Shown piece after piece: positions 47,463 through 56,400 of a stretch of 64,000 nt of DNA. This DNA is from an uncultured Methanosarcinales archaeon (lineage in GTDB: Archaea; Nanobdellota; Nanobdellia; Woesearchaeales; JACPBV01). The position numbers were made by a program, and so were the translations under genes. The stretch lies in contig CAZTWQ010000004.1 in NCBI GenBank assembly GCA_964618315.1, positions 15,866-79,865 on the forward strand, given 5' to 3'. Positions within the stretch are counted from its first letter, which is position 1. Each line of letters starts with the position of its first letter. The notes below the pieces were generated by a model. That model worked only from the letters and a program-made list of their open reading frames with translations, had not been told where the DNA came from and searched no databases.

Positions 47463-49430
47463 TCAGTTAAATAATCGTGTTATACCTTTAAAAAATATCG
47501 AAATCCTTTGAAAAAAACCTACATTAATCAATTCAATATCAAATCCCTCACTTACCTCATAAGTTTTATCATTCTTATCTTTATACTTTATTAAGATCAT
47601 AAATTCATTCTCTCCTGCTTTTAGATCATTTCCTTGCATCTTTAAAACAAATTTTCTATCTTCATTCAATTGGCTAACCTCAAACTCTTTGCCTATTGGC
47701 TCAATCTGTATGCCTATATTCTGAGGTGCAAACTTTGATTTCTTATTTAATACAAAAGAGATATCATAATCATCTTTATAACCTATTTCTTCAGGATAAA
47801 CTATGTCACTTATTCCTATGGATGGCTTATCATATACAGTAAGGTCAACAAAAGTAGATTTGCTAACGTCTGGATTAATAGCTTTGATAACTACTTCTTG
47901 CATACCTATCTCAGTAGGACTATAATCAAAGCTTACTGACTCTTTTTGCGTTAAACCTAGATCAATCTTTTCACAATCTCCATCTAGACAGATATTTAGA
48001 TCCTCCAGATAAATATTTCCAATATTGCTAACATCACAATCTATCTTAGCAGTTTCATACTCATAAACTTCAGCTTTCTCAGTACTACAGCTTAATTCAA
48101 TATCCCCTTCATAATTTTGTTCTTCTTCTGTTTCTTCAATCAAGCTTTTTATTCCTTCTAGACTAAACCTCTTTCCATCTCTGATAACATCAAATCTTGC
48201 ATCTGAACTAATATTTCTGACAGAACTAACAACAAGCGGAAAAGTATACACATACCCTTCTTCCAGATCATTACTAACTTTAATTATCCAATTTACTTTC
48301 TTTTCTTCTTTTGGCTTCAGTAATAATGTTTTCCTTTCTTCACCAACAATCTCTACCTCCTTTGACCTGGATAATATCAACTCAGTAGCAATATATGAAT
48401 TCCTTATATTGCTTACAGTTGCTTCAATCAGATTATAACTTCCAAAACCAATATTATTCTTTACAGCTCTTGCACTAATATCTATTGGAGAGCTAATATC
48501 CCCTTTCTTATCTTCAATCACCACATCAATATCTAAAGCATATGTTTCAATATTAATATCCCTGCCCAGCCACTGGAATTTTGTAGAAGCTTCTTTTGCA
48601 TCTACCCCTTCTTTTAATTTTATATGGCCTGCATCAACAAAACCAAATTCACCATAAGTTACATCAAATGCTATCCACCCATAACCTGGAAAATAAACCT
48701 CAGACCAGCCATGCGGCCCAAACCCTTCTTCAAATTGTGCAGCATTGGTATATGAAACTCCAGAGACAAACTTAGCAGGGATGCCAAGTGCTCTGCACAT
48801 AGCTATAAACAGATTAGTCAATTCATCACATACTCCTTGTTTATTCGTCAATACCCATGAAGCAGGTTGGCTTACACTTTCTGTCAATGTACTTAAGTCA
48901 TATTTGATATTCTTTTTTGTCCAATCGGCTAACTTAAAAACTACAACATAAAGATCATCCTCACCTTTAGCCAATTCAGAAGCCAATCTTACAATATCTT
49001 TGTTTGTAGAATCTATAGTTTCAGATGGCTTTGCATATTTTTTTATTTCATCAGGCAAATTGCTCAATGGAAATAAGACTTTGCTTTCAATATCTTTTAT
49101 CCTATTATAATTTCTAAGATTACTTGTTAAGCTATACTCTAATTCTTTCACACTTGGATTATCCCATCTAAAGATAGCAGCATTATCTTCCATACTAGCT
49201 TCTGGACTAGTACTAATCCCTAATATATCTGTTTGAAAATCATCCATAGGAATAAAAGACAAATTTGCAATAACATAATCAGCATCATATTGAGAACCCT
49301 TAGAAACTAAATTTATTTTACTGGATATGTCTAGATTCAACAGTAGATATTCACTGTTAAATATGGAGTTATCAGAAACAACAATAGGTAGTACTAATAA
49401 GAATACTAAAACTATCACACTCTTTTTCAT
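47463..49430 (-). CDS. Secreted transglutaminase-like domain protein with C-terminal beta-sandwich repeats
   Basis: Signal peptide. Core QGVCDELTNLFIAMCRALGIPAKFVSG ... GPHGWSEVYFPGYGWIAFDVT. Confidence 0.75.
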   Translation of the reverse strand: MKKSVIVLVFLLVLPIVVSDNSIFNSEYLLLNLDISSKINLVSKGSQYDADYVIANLSFIPMDDFQTDILGISTSPEASMEDNAAIFRWDNPSVKELEYSLTSNLRNYNRIKDIESKVLFPLSNLPDEIKKYAKPSETIDSTNKDIVRLASELAKGEDDLYVVVFKLADWTKKNIKYDLSTLTESVSQPASWVLTNKQGVCDELTNLFIAMCRALGIPAKFVSGVSYTNAAQFEEGFGPHGWSEVYFPGYGWIAFDVTYGEFGFVDAGHIKLKEGVDAKEASTKFQWLGRDINIETYALDIDVVIEDKKGDISSPIDISARAVKNNIGFGSYNLIEATVSNIRNSYIATELILSRSKEVEIVGEERKTLLLKPKEEKKVNWIIKVSNDLEEGYVYTFPLVVSSVRNISSDARFDVIRDGKRFSLEGIKSLIEETEEEQNYEGDIELSCSTEKAEVYEYETAKIDCDVSNIGNIYLEDLNICLDGDCEKIDLGLTQKESVSFDYSPTEIGMQEVVIKAINPDVSKSTFVDLTVYDKPSIGISDIVYPEEIGYKDDYDISFVLNKKSKFAPQNIGIQIEPIGKEFEVSQLNEDRKFVLKMQGNDLKAGENEFMILIKYKDKNDKTYEVSEGFDIELINVGFFQRISIFFKGITRLFN

Positions 49431-49486
49431 AATTGATTATATTGGTATGATACTTTATAAGTTTTTCCTAATAGATAAATAAAAAA

Positions 49487-49570
49487 CGCCGCCACCGAGA
49501 TTTGAACTCAGAAATCCGTTAGGAAACAGGATTAGCAATCCTGCGCAGTACCAGGTTGTGCCATGGCGGC
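49487..49570 (-). tRNA. tRNA-Ser (anticodon GCT), long variable arm, no intron
   Basis: Acceptor GCCGCCA/TGGCGGC. Anticodon arm CAGGA-TTGCTAA-TCCTG. Variable arm TTTCCTAACGGATTT. T arm CTGAG-TTCAAAT-CTCGG. Confidence 0.88.
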
Positions 49571-49657
49571 ATATGATATGCTAGTATTTTTATGCTGTAT
49601 ATAAAGTTTTTGAAATTAGTTATCTTTATAAAGAATATCCTTTTTCTATTGAGTTAT

Positions 49658-49758
49658 AGCGGGGTAGGGCAGTCAGGAGTGCCCGGGGGGCTCATAACCC
49701 CCAGGTCGGTGGAAGTAGGATGGAAGGCTACTGCCGAGTTCAAATCCACCCTCCGCTA
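49658..49758 (+). tRNA. tRNA-Met (anticodon CAT), initiator-like, with a 26-nt insertion between T-stem and T-loop
   Basis: Acceptor AGCGGGG/CTCCGCT (A1-U72). Anticodon arm GGGGG-CTCATAA-CCCCC. T arm GGTGG[49713-49738]TTCAAAT-CCACC. Confidence 0.75.
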
Positions 49759-50582
49759 TTTTTCCTTCCAATTTTCTTTTATTTTCTTTAAATGTTTAGG
49801 GCTTTCAAAACCCACACTCAATAACCAATTTTTAAGATTATCTTTACCATTCATCTCTATCCTATTGATTATAGTATATCCTTTAGAGTTTCTAATGTCT
49901 TTAACTTTGTAATCATATATCTCTACGATATTAAATTTCATATTTTTGAGGAATGAAGAAATTTGTTGAATTAATTTTTTGCTTTTTGAAGAAACCGTAA
50001 TTACAGGATAATATGGCCTTTCTTTGTACTTTTTCTTAAATGAGATACAACCATCTGTATCAAATATGCCTTTTATTACATACATTAATAATTCTTTATC
50101 GTTTAAGAATATCTCTGGTATTTTTAGTCTTTGGTCTTTTCTACCTTGTTCTAATCCAATTGCTTCTGTGAGGTATCTAAAAATATTCTTAGAATGTACA
50201 GTAAAACCATATGTAGTATTAGTATCTTGAAGTCTAATATTGGGTATAAAACCAAAAGCATGTTGGAATTTAGGCCCTATAATTTGGTGATATAATTCTT
50301 TCTCATCATGGGGATTTCCAACACATTTTATAATATAATCATTTTTATCTATTCTTTTATATATACTACCATCACCTATTATTATTCCACACAAATATGC
50401 AAATTCATTATCTATTGATGAGGGTAATTTTAAACCTTTAACAATATCCTTTTTACTTAATTCTATATTAAATAGTAATTTTTTGTTAGCCATTTTAAAT
50501 CAACTAATCTATGTGTTTAAAATGATTAACTATATAAAATTACCCTTTAGTACATGGTTCAAATCCACCCTCCGCTATTTTT
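49738..50582. mobile_element. LAGLIDADG gene cassette bracketed by 26-bp direct repeats of the tRNA-Met 3' end
   Basis: GTTCAAATCCACCCTCCGCTATTTTT occurs at 49738-49763 and again at 50557-50582, flanking the endonuclease ORF. Confidence 0.55.
49756..50493 (-). CDS. LAGLIDADG-family homing endonuclease (two-motif, monomeric type)
   Basis: Motifs LCGIIIGDGS and IKGIFDTDGC. Its stop codon overlaps the last 3 nt of the tRNA-Met feature (49756-49758). Confidence 0.8.
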   Translation of the reverse strand: MANKKLLFNIELSKKDIVKGLKLPSSIDNEFAYLCGIIIGDGSIYKRIDKNDYIIKCVGNPHDEKELYHQIIGPKFQHAFGFIPNIRLQDTNTTYGFTVHSKNIFRYLTEAIGLEQGRKDQRLKIPEIFLNDKELLMYVIKGIFDTDGCISFKKKYKERPYYPVITVSSKSKKLIQQISSFLKNMKFNIVEIYDYKVKDIRNSKGYTIINRIEMNGKDNLKNWLLSVGFESPKHLKKIKENWKEK

Positions 50583-50640
50583 TTCTTATATTTTTCTAAT
50601 TAAGCCAATTCATCCTATCGTAAAAAATCCTAGAATAATC

Positions 50641-50946
50641 TCAATCCCTAATACTATGCTCAATTTCCCTTTCAATATTCTTAAAAACTTTATGCAATGT
50701 TCTAGCTAAGTCCCAATCACTTTCTTGGCTTTCAAAAACCTTGGTAGGAGAAATTACTTTAACTCTAATATCTGATTTTTTTCTTTTGCCGCCTTTACTA
50801 TGTTGTTTTATATGTATGCTCATAGAATTAATATTTTTTAAAGCTCTCTCTATCTTACCATAATAATCATTAGCAAGAGTATTCACCAAATCCTTATCAG
50901 ATTCTTCTTTTAAAACATCTATTCCTATTATTTGTATTGGTTCCAT
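50641..50946 (-). CDS. HPF/RaiA (S30AE)-like ribosome-associated protein, tentative
   Basis: A 101-aa product from the internal Met. By eye the pattern IQIIG.DV...L...YYGKIERAL.NI.S..I.IK.....D.RV.V......ES.ESDWDLA..L..VF.NIEREI.H aligns to bacterial HPF. Confidence 0.45.
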   Translation of the reverse strand: MEPIQIIGIDVLKEESDKDLVNTLANDYYGKIERALKNINSMSIHIKQHSKGGKRKKSDIRVKVISPTKVFESQESDWDLARTLHKVFKNIEREIEHSIRD

Positions 50947-50973
50947 AATAATATACTGGGTTAGCTTATTTAT

Positions 50974-51054
50974 ATACTTTATGATTTGAGCGAAGCGAAA
51001 AGCATAAAGTATTGGGTACAATACTTTATGATTTGAACGAAGTGAAAAGCATAA
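50974..51054. repeat. Two tandem 34-nt direct repeats (32/34 identical), each a hairpin
   Basis: ATACTTTATGATTTGAGCGAAGCGAAAAGCATAA at 50974-51007 and ATACTTTATGATTTGAACGAAGTGAAAAGCATAA at 51021-51054. The stem is CTTTATG/CATAAAG. Confidence 0.6.
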
Positions 51055-51144
51055 CGGATTAGAAACTCTATTTCTACTATTTTATCCTTCAATTAATTCA
51101 AAAAACCCAAAAACATTTAAAAACTTAAACTCCAAACTACTATT

Positions 51145-51798
51145 ATGACATTAATATGTGGTATAGATGAAGCAGGACGTGGTCCAGTAATAGGTCCAAT
51201 GGTAATGGCTGGTGTTTTAATAGAAGAAAAAGACCTACCTAAATTAACTTCTCTTGGAGTAAAAGATTCAAAACTACTTACACCTCAAAGAAGAGAAGAA
51301 CTCTACGATCAGATCATCAAAACTGTAAAAAAACACCATATAGTTATAGTAGGACCAAAAGAGATTGACGATGCCTTAGACTCAGACGAATTAAACCTAA
51401 ACTGGCTAGAAGCCCACAAATCAGCAGAGATTATAAACACATTAAAACCAGACAAAGCAATCTTAGACTGCCCAAGCAACAATATCCAGGCATACACTAA
51501 TTATGTAAAAAACCTCCTAAAAACCAAAACAGAACTAGTTGTAGAGCACAAAGCAGATCTAAATTATATAGAATCAGGAGCAGCATCAATCTTAGCAAAA
51601 GTAACCAGAGACAGGGAAATAGAAAAAATCAAGAAAAAATACGGAAACTGCGGTCCTGGCTACCCTTCTAACCAAATAACAATAAACTTCCTAAAAGAAA
51701 ACTGGAACAAATACCCTGAGATCTTCAGGCAATCCTGGGCTTCTTATAAAAAACATAAAGATGCAAAGAATCAGAAGGGTCTAGGGGATTTTAACTAA
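51145..51798 (+). CDS. rnhB: Ribonuclease HII
   Basis: GIDEAGRGPVIGPMV active-site start, 217 aa. Confidence 0.9.
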   Translation: MTLICGIDEAGRGPVIGPMVMAGVLIEEKDLPKLTSLGVKDSKLLTPQRREELYDQIIKTVKKHHIVIVGPKEIDDALDSDELNLNWLEAHKSAEIINTLKPDKAILDCPSNNIQAYTNYVKNLLKTKTELVVEHKADLNYIESGAASILAKVTRDREIEKIKKKYGNCGPGYPSNQITINFLKENWNKYPEIFRQSWASYKKHKDAKNQKGLGDFN

Positions 51799-51816
51799 AA
51801 AAACAGCTAATTAATA

Positions 51817-52368
51817 TTATACCCCCTCATAAGGTGCACCAATCAAAGCTCTTGCAACTTTTTCCCGTACTCTATATGTTTCTGCAGCGACATTACAAGC
51901 CCTTGCAAGTCCTTCGGCATCATCCCCATCATCTGGAAAAAATGAACACCCATATTTAATAGCTTCTCCATATTTCATAATCATCAACCTAGCATGGCCC
52001 ATATAATCATCAAATCCCCTCTCAGAAAGAATCTCTCTTTCATTCCTTGACATTGCATTTTCAAGTTCACCCATAGCAAAAGCCGCAGTCATCATTAAAG
52101 AAACTAGATTTTCTGGATTATTAATTGGGGTGAATCTATTATCCCTCCAGGGATTTTTTAATCTTTGATAATCTTGAATTTCAGGTAGTCCCACAAATTT
52201 TGGCACTCCAACTTTTGCCTTACTTTTAAATCCATCTTTACATCTACCTTTATTAGAAAAATAATGCATCCATTCATGAAATGCAGAATATGCTTCTATG
52301 TAACCAATTCTCATTAAATATAAGTCATATATTCTGTCTTTAATCGTATTAATCTCTTCAGGTTTCAT
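51817..52368 (-). CDS. Hypothetical protein with an HExxH motif (possible small zincin)
   Basis: 183 aa. AFHEWMHYF is the only recognisable motif. Confidence 0.45.
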   Translation of the reverse strand: MKPEEINTIKDRIYDLYLMRIGYIEAYSAFHEWMHYFSNKGRCKDGFKSKAKVGVPKFVGLPEIQDYQRLKNPWRDNRFTPINNPENLVSLMMTAAFAMGELENAMSRNEREILSERGFDDYMGHARLMIMKYGEAIKYGCSFFPDDGDDAEGLARACNVAAETYRVREKVARALIGAPYEGV

Positions 52369-52452
52369 TTTATCACTATTTAAGGATTCAACAGCAACAT
52401 TTAAATACTAAGAACAACTATTAGTGGTTGTTAAAACAATTATCAGTTTAAA

Positions 52453-53202
52453 ATAGAGCAGGAATTAAAAGAATTAGGCTTAACAGAATACGAGATAAAA
52501 GCATACATTACTCTAATAAAAGAAGGCACCTTAACTGGCAATAACTTAAGTAAATTAAGCGATGTACCTCAAGGTAAGATATACAACACACTATATAAGT
52601 TATCTAGCAAAGGATTTGTCTCTTTTATGGACTCTAAGCCTAAACTATTCAAAGCAAATGATCCAGATATAGCTTTAACTCATCTTATCAAGAAAAGAAA
52701 AGAAAAACTTAACCAGATTGAATCCAAGTTACCAAATAGCATTAAACAACTAAAAAAAATAAAACCAAAAGAGCAAAAAACAGACGAAAAGGTCTCTATC
52801 TTTTATGGAAGGAAAAATGCGTTTGCTATAGAACAGCATCTTTTCCAATCTGCAGCTAAAACCTTAGATATAATGTTTACATTTGAAGTTATAAACCATA
52901 CAACTTGGAGAATCTTAAGAGAGAAGAAAAAACAAAAAGTAAACATCAGAGTAATAGCTACAAAAAAGGACAATGAAAAAATAAGAAAGAGCTTAATAAA
53001 AGAAGGATTTGATATTAGATATTATCCTGTTGAAGAGTTAAGGATATTTATAAAAGATAATGAAGAGTCGCTTGAAACAATAGTAAACCCAAAAAATCTA
53101 ATGGATCGGATGTCAGTCCTAATTCAAAGCAAGGAACTAACAAAAGCACTAGAACATTACTTTGACATAATCTGGGACAAAGCTAAAATAATCAAAGTTT
53201 AA
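52453..53202 (+). CDS. TrmB-family transcriptional regulator with no canonical start codon for its wHTH
   Basis: The in-frame upstream sequence KIEQELKELGLTEYEIKAYITLIKEGTLTGNNLSKLSDVPQGKIYNTLYKLSSKGFVSF is a complete TrmB wHTH. The first ATG (52627) lies after it. The frame is open only from 52435 and has no ATG, GTG or TTG. ATA at 52453 is taken as a provisional start. Confidence 0.6.
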   Translation: MEQELKELGLTEYEIKAYITLIKEGTLTGNNLSKLSDVPQGKIYNTLYKLSSKGFVSFMDSKPKLFKANDPDIALTHLIKKRKEKLNQIESKLPNSIKQLKKIKPKEQKTDEKVSIFYGRKNAFAIEQHLFQSAAKTLDIMFTFEVINHTTWRILREKKKQKVNIRVIATKKDNEKIRKSLIKEGFDIRYYPVEELRIFIKDNEESLETIVNPKNLMDRMSVLIQSKELTKALEHYFDIIWDKAKIIKV

Positions 53203-53204
53203 AA

Positions 53205-53324
53205 ATGAAAATAAAAATTAAGAAACAATCAAAAAAGAATAAAAAGACGGCAGATGGATTCGGAATATTCAAGGGAGCCCCAAAATTTGAACGAGAAGAA
53301 GATCCATTTAGGAAATATAAGTAA
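53205..53324 (+). CDS. Possible 39-aa basic micro-protein
   Basis: Hand-translated MKIKIKKQSKKNKKTADGFGIFKGAPKFEREEDPFRKYK. It begins 2 nt after the TrmB stop. Confidence 0.25.
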   Translation: MKIKIKKQSKKNKKTADGFGIFKGAPKFEREEDPFRKYK

Positions 53325-53388
53325 AATAATCCAAGATTAATAATGAACATACACTAAACCAAAACAAAACTTTTAAAACCCTAAATGG

Positions 53389-53424
53389 TTTTAAACGGTT
53401 TGGAAATCTCTGATTTCCAAAATC
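53389..53424 (+). promoter_or_regulatory. Palindromic motif upstream of smc, shared with the translin upstream region
   Basis: TTTTAAACGGTTTGGAAATCTCTGATTTCCAAAATC followed by TTTATTAA. It is 31/36 identical to the 37231-37265 element, with a compensatory change in the palindrome arms. Confidence 0.4.
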
Positions 53425-53495
53425 TTTATTAACCAAAAAACAAAATATAATCAAAAAGAGCAAAAAGGTGCCATAAAATCACGAGAATAAACAAA

Positions 53496-56400
53496 ATGGT
53501 TATGCGTGGCTTCAAAAGCTTCGCACAACACACAGAGATGAACTTTGGGTCTGATTATAATTGTGTTCTAGGTCCAAATGGTAGTGGTAAATCTAATGTT
53601 TTAGATGCCTTATGCTTTGTTCTGGGTAAGTCCAGTGCAAAATCTATGAGGGCAGAGAAATCATCTAATCTAATTTACAACGGGGGAAAAGCAAAAAAAC
53701 CAGCAAAAGAAGGCGAAGTCTCTATATATTTTGATAATGCAGAAAAAAAATTCCCAACAGATGATCCAGAAGTAAAACTAACAAGGATAGTCAGGCAAAA
53801 CGGACAGTCCATATACAAGATTAATGACAAAACAAGAACAAGACAGGAAATCTTGGACTTGTTGGGTCTTGCAAAGATAGATCCAGATGGTTATAATATA
53901 ATTCTTCAGGGCGACATCACTAAATTTGTAGAGATGCCAACATCAGAAAGAAGGATGTTGATAGAAGAGATATCGGGAATTTCCTTATACGAAGAAAAGA
54001 AACAAAAAGCACTTAGTCAGCTTGAAAAAGTAGGAGAACGCCTAAAAGAAGCAGAAATCGTATTGGCAGAGAGAAAAACATACCTAAAAGAGCTAAAAAA
54101 AGACCATGATCAGGCTCAAAAATTCAAAGACATGGAAAATAAGATATCTCAAAACAAAGCTTCATTATTAAAGATACAGATAGACAAAAAAGAAAAAGAA
54201 AAAACCAATCTGCAATCCACATTAGAAGAGACAAAAAAAGAACTTGATAGAGTCAATGAAAAAATCAATCAATTAAAACAAATAAATCTGGAAAAAAAGC
54301 AGGAAATAGAGAACACATCAAAAGAGATAGAAGAAAAAGGAGAAGTAGAGCAGGTTTCACTAAATAAAGAGATTGAAACCCTAAAGATAGACCTTACCAA
54401 AAAGAATTCCAGAGTAGAAACCTTAACTGATGAAATAACTAAGATAGAGAAAAGAAATCAGGATCTTAATAATTCACTAAAAGAGACAGACAAGAAAATA
54501 ATTGAATTAAAAGAAGAAAAACAAGACCTAGAAAAAAGAAAACAAGAGATAGAAACACAAAAAAACGAATTAACAGAGAAAATAAGTATTTTTAGGGGCA
54601 AGAACAAGTTAGAAGAACTTGCAGGTGTTGAGAAAAAGATAGAAGATATAGATAAACTTGCAGAAGAACTACAAAAAGAAACTCATACTTTAAGGGAAAA
54701 ACAACACGACTTGATAAGAAAAAAAGACCTATTAGAACATCAGATAAACACAATAGATGACCAGATAAAAAAAGTAGATGAGATAGAAAAAGAGCATAAA
54801 CAAGAGATAGATTCCTTAAAAGAAAAACGTGAAAAATTCAAAAAATCAACTCTAGAGCTCAACAAATCATTAAACGAAGATTCGTCTTTAGCTGTGCAGA
54901 TAGATGCTAAAAGGAAAAAGCTACAAGATGCAAGGGAAGAGCTTGCAAAATTACAAGTAAGGCAGACAACAATAAGGGAGACGACAAAATCTGACCTTGC
55001 GATTAAGAAAATTCTGGAGAAAAAAGCGCCCGGTGTATATGGTTCAGTATCTGATCTTGGAAACGTTAATTCAAAATATTCTTTAGCACTTGAGATAGCA
55101 GCAGGTCCAAGATTAAAAAGCATAATCGTAGAAGACGAAAAAATAGCTTCAGAACAGATAAAATACCTGAAACAGAATCGGCTGGGGATAGCAACATTTA
55201 TCCCGCTAAGTAAGATTAAAGCAAGACCTATTGATGCAGAGACAAAAAAACTTGCAAAATCAAACGGATGTCAGGGACTTGCTTTAGATCTGATTGATTT
55301 TGATCCTAAATTCAAGAAAGCGTTTGAATATGTTTTCTCAGGCACATTAGTGGTTGATAATATTGATGTAACAAGGCGTTTAGGAATTGGAAAGGCAAGA
55401 ATGGTTACTTTAGATGGCGATCTTGCAGAATTCTCTGGATTGATGCATGGCGGCTATCGGAAAAAACGAGCAGGCATGGGCTTTAATGAAAAAGAGTTAA
55501 CACAAGATGTAGACAAATATGAAAAACAAGCAGCAGAGATAGAAAACACCATACAAGTACTTGAGACAAGACGATCAGAAAACGAGGAAAAGATAACTCA
55601 ACTAAGGGAAACAAAAGCGATTCTTGAAGCAGACGCTATCAAGATAGAGAAAACATTGCATCTGGAACCTACTGATCTGGAAATAACAAAAAATCAAAAA
55701 GAAAAATTATCAGAAGAATCAGAAAAGATACAAAAAGATATTGATGAAGTTATAAATAATATATCTGATAAGAATAAAGGACTAGCTCAAAACAGGATAG
55801 AGAAACAAACACTCAAAAATCAAATATCCTCATTAAGAGATCCTGCATTATTAGCAGAACTAGCAACATTCGAGGAAAAAAGAAACGAGATAAATGAAGA
55901 GGTAGCTAAGTTAGGTGGGGAATTAAATAATATTGATGTTCAGATAAATACTATTTACCTAAAAGAACAAGAAAAGACTAATCAGATACTAAAACAGATA
56001 GCAAAAGAAAAAGATGAATTCAAGACAGAGATAGAATACCTAGGAAAAGAAGCAAATGAAAAACAAGAGGAATTAAAGAAAAAAGAAACCTTAGCTAAAG
56101 AATTTCATTCTAAATTCCGTGCTTTATTTGAAAAAAGATCTCAGATCGACAGTGAAATATCCAAGAATGAAGCTACTATTTCCAACAGGCTGGATGAAAG
56201 CAGAAAAGTAGAGATAAAACAGAACACATTGACCTTAAAACATGCTGAAGTAGCATCCGAAGTAGCAGGATTACAGCAGGAGTTCCAGCAGTATGAAGGC
56301 GTCCAAATATTACCTAATAGGACCGAAGAACAGCTAAAATATGAGATCTCAAAATTTGAGAAACTTAAATCAGAGATTGGCTCTGTAAACATGAGAGCAT

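Noticed and set aside
53451-53495. N-terminal extension of SMC from a non-canonical ATC or ATA start
   Set aside because: The upstream in-frame residues (KITRINK) fit the first SMC beta-strand pattern. However, the ATG at 53496 still leaves MVMRGFKSF, a plausible N-terminus, so the evidence is insufficient.
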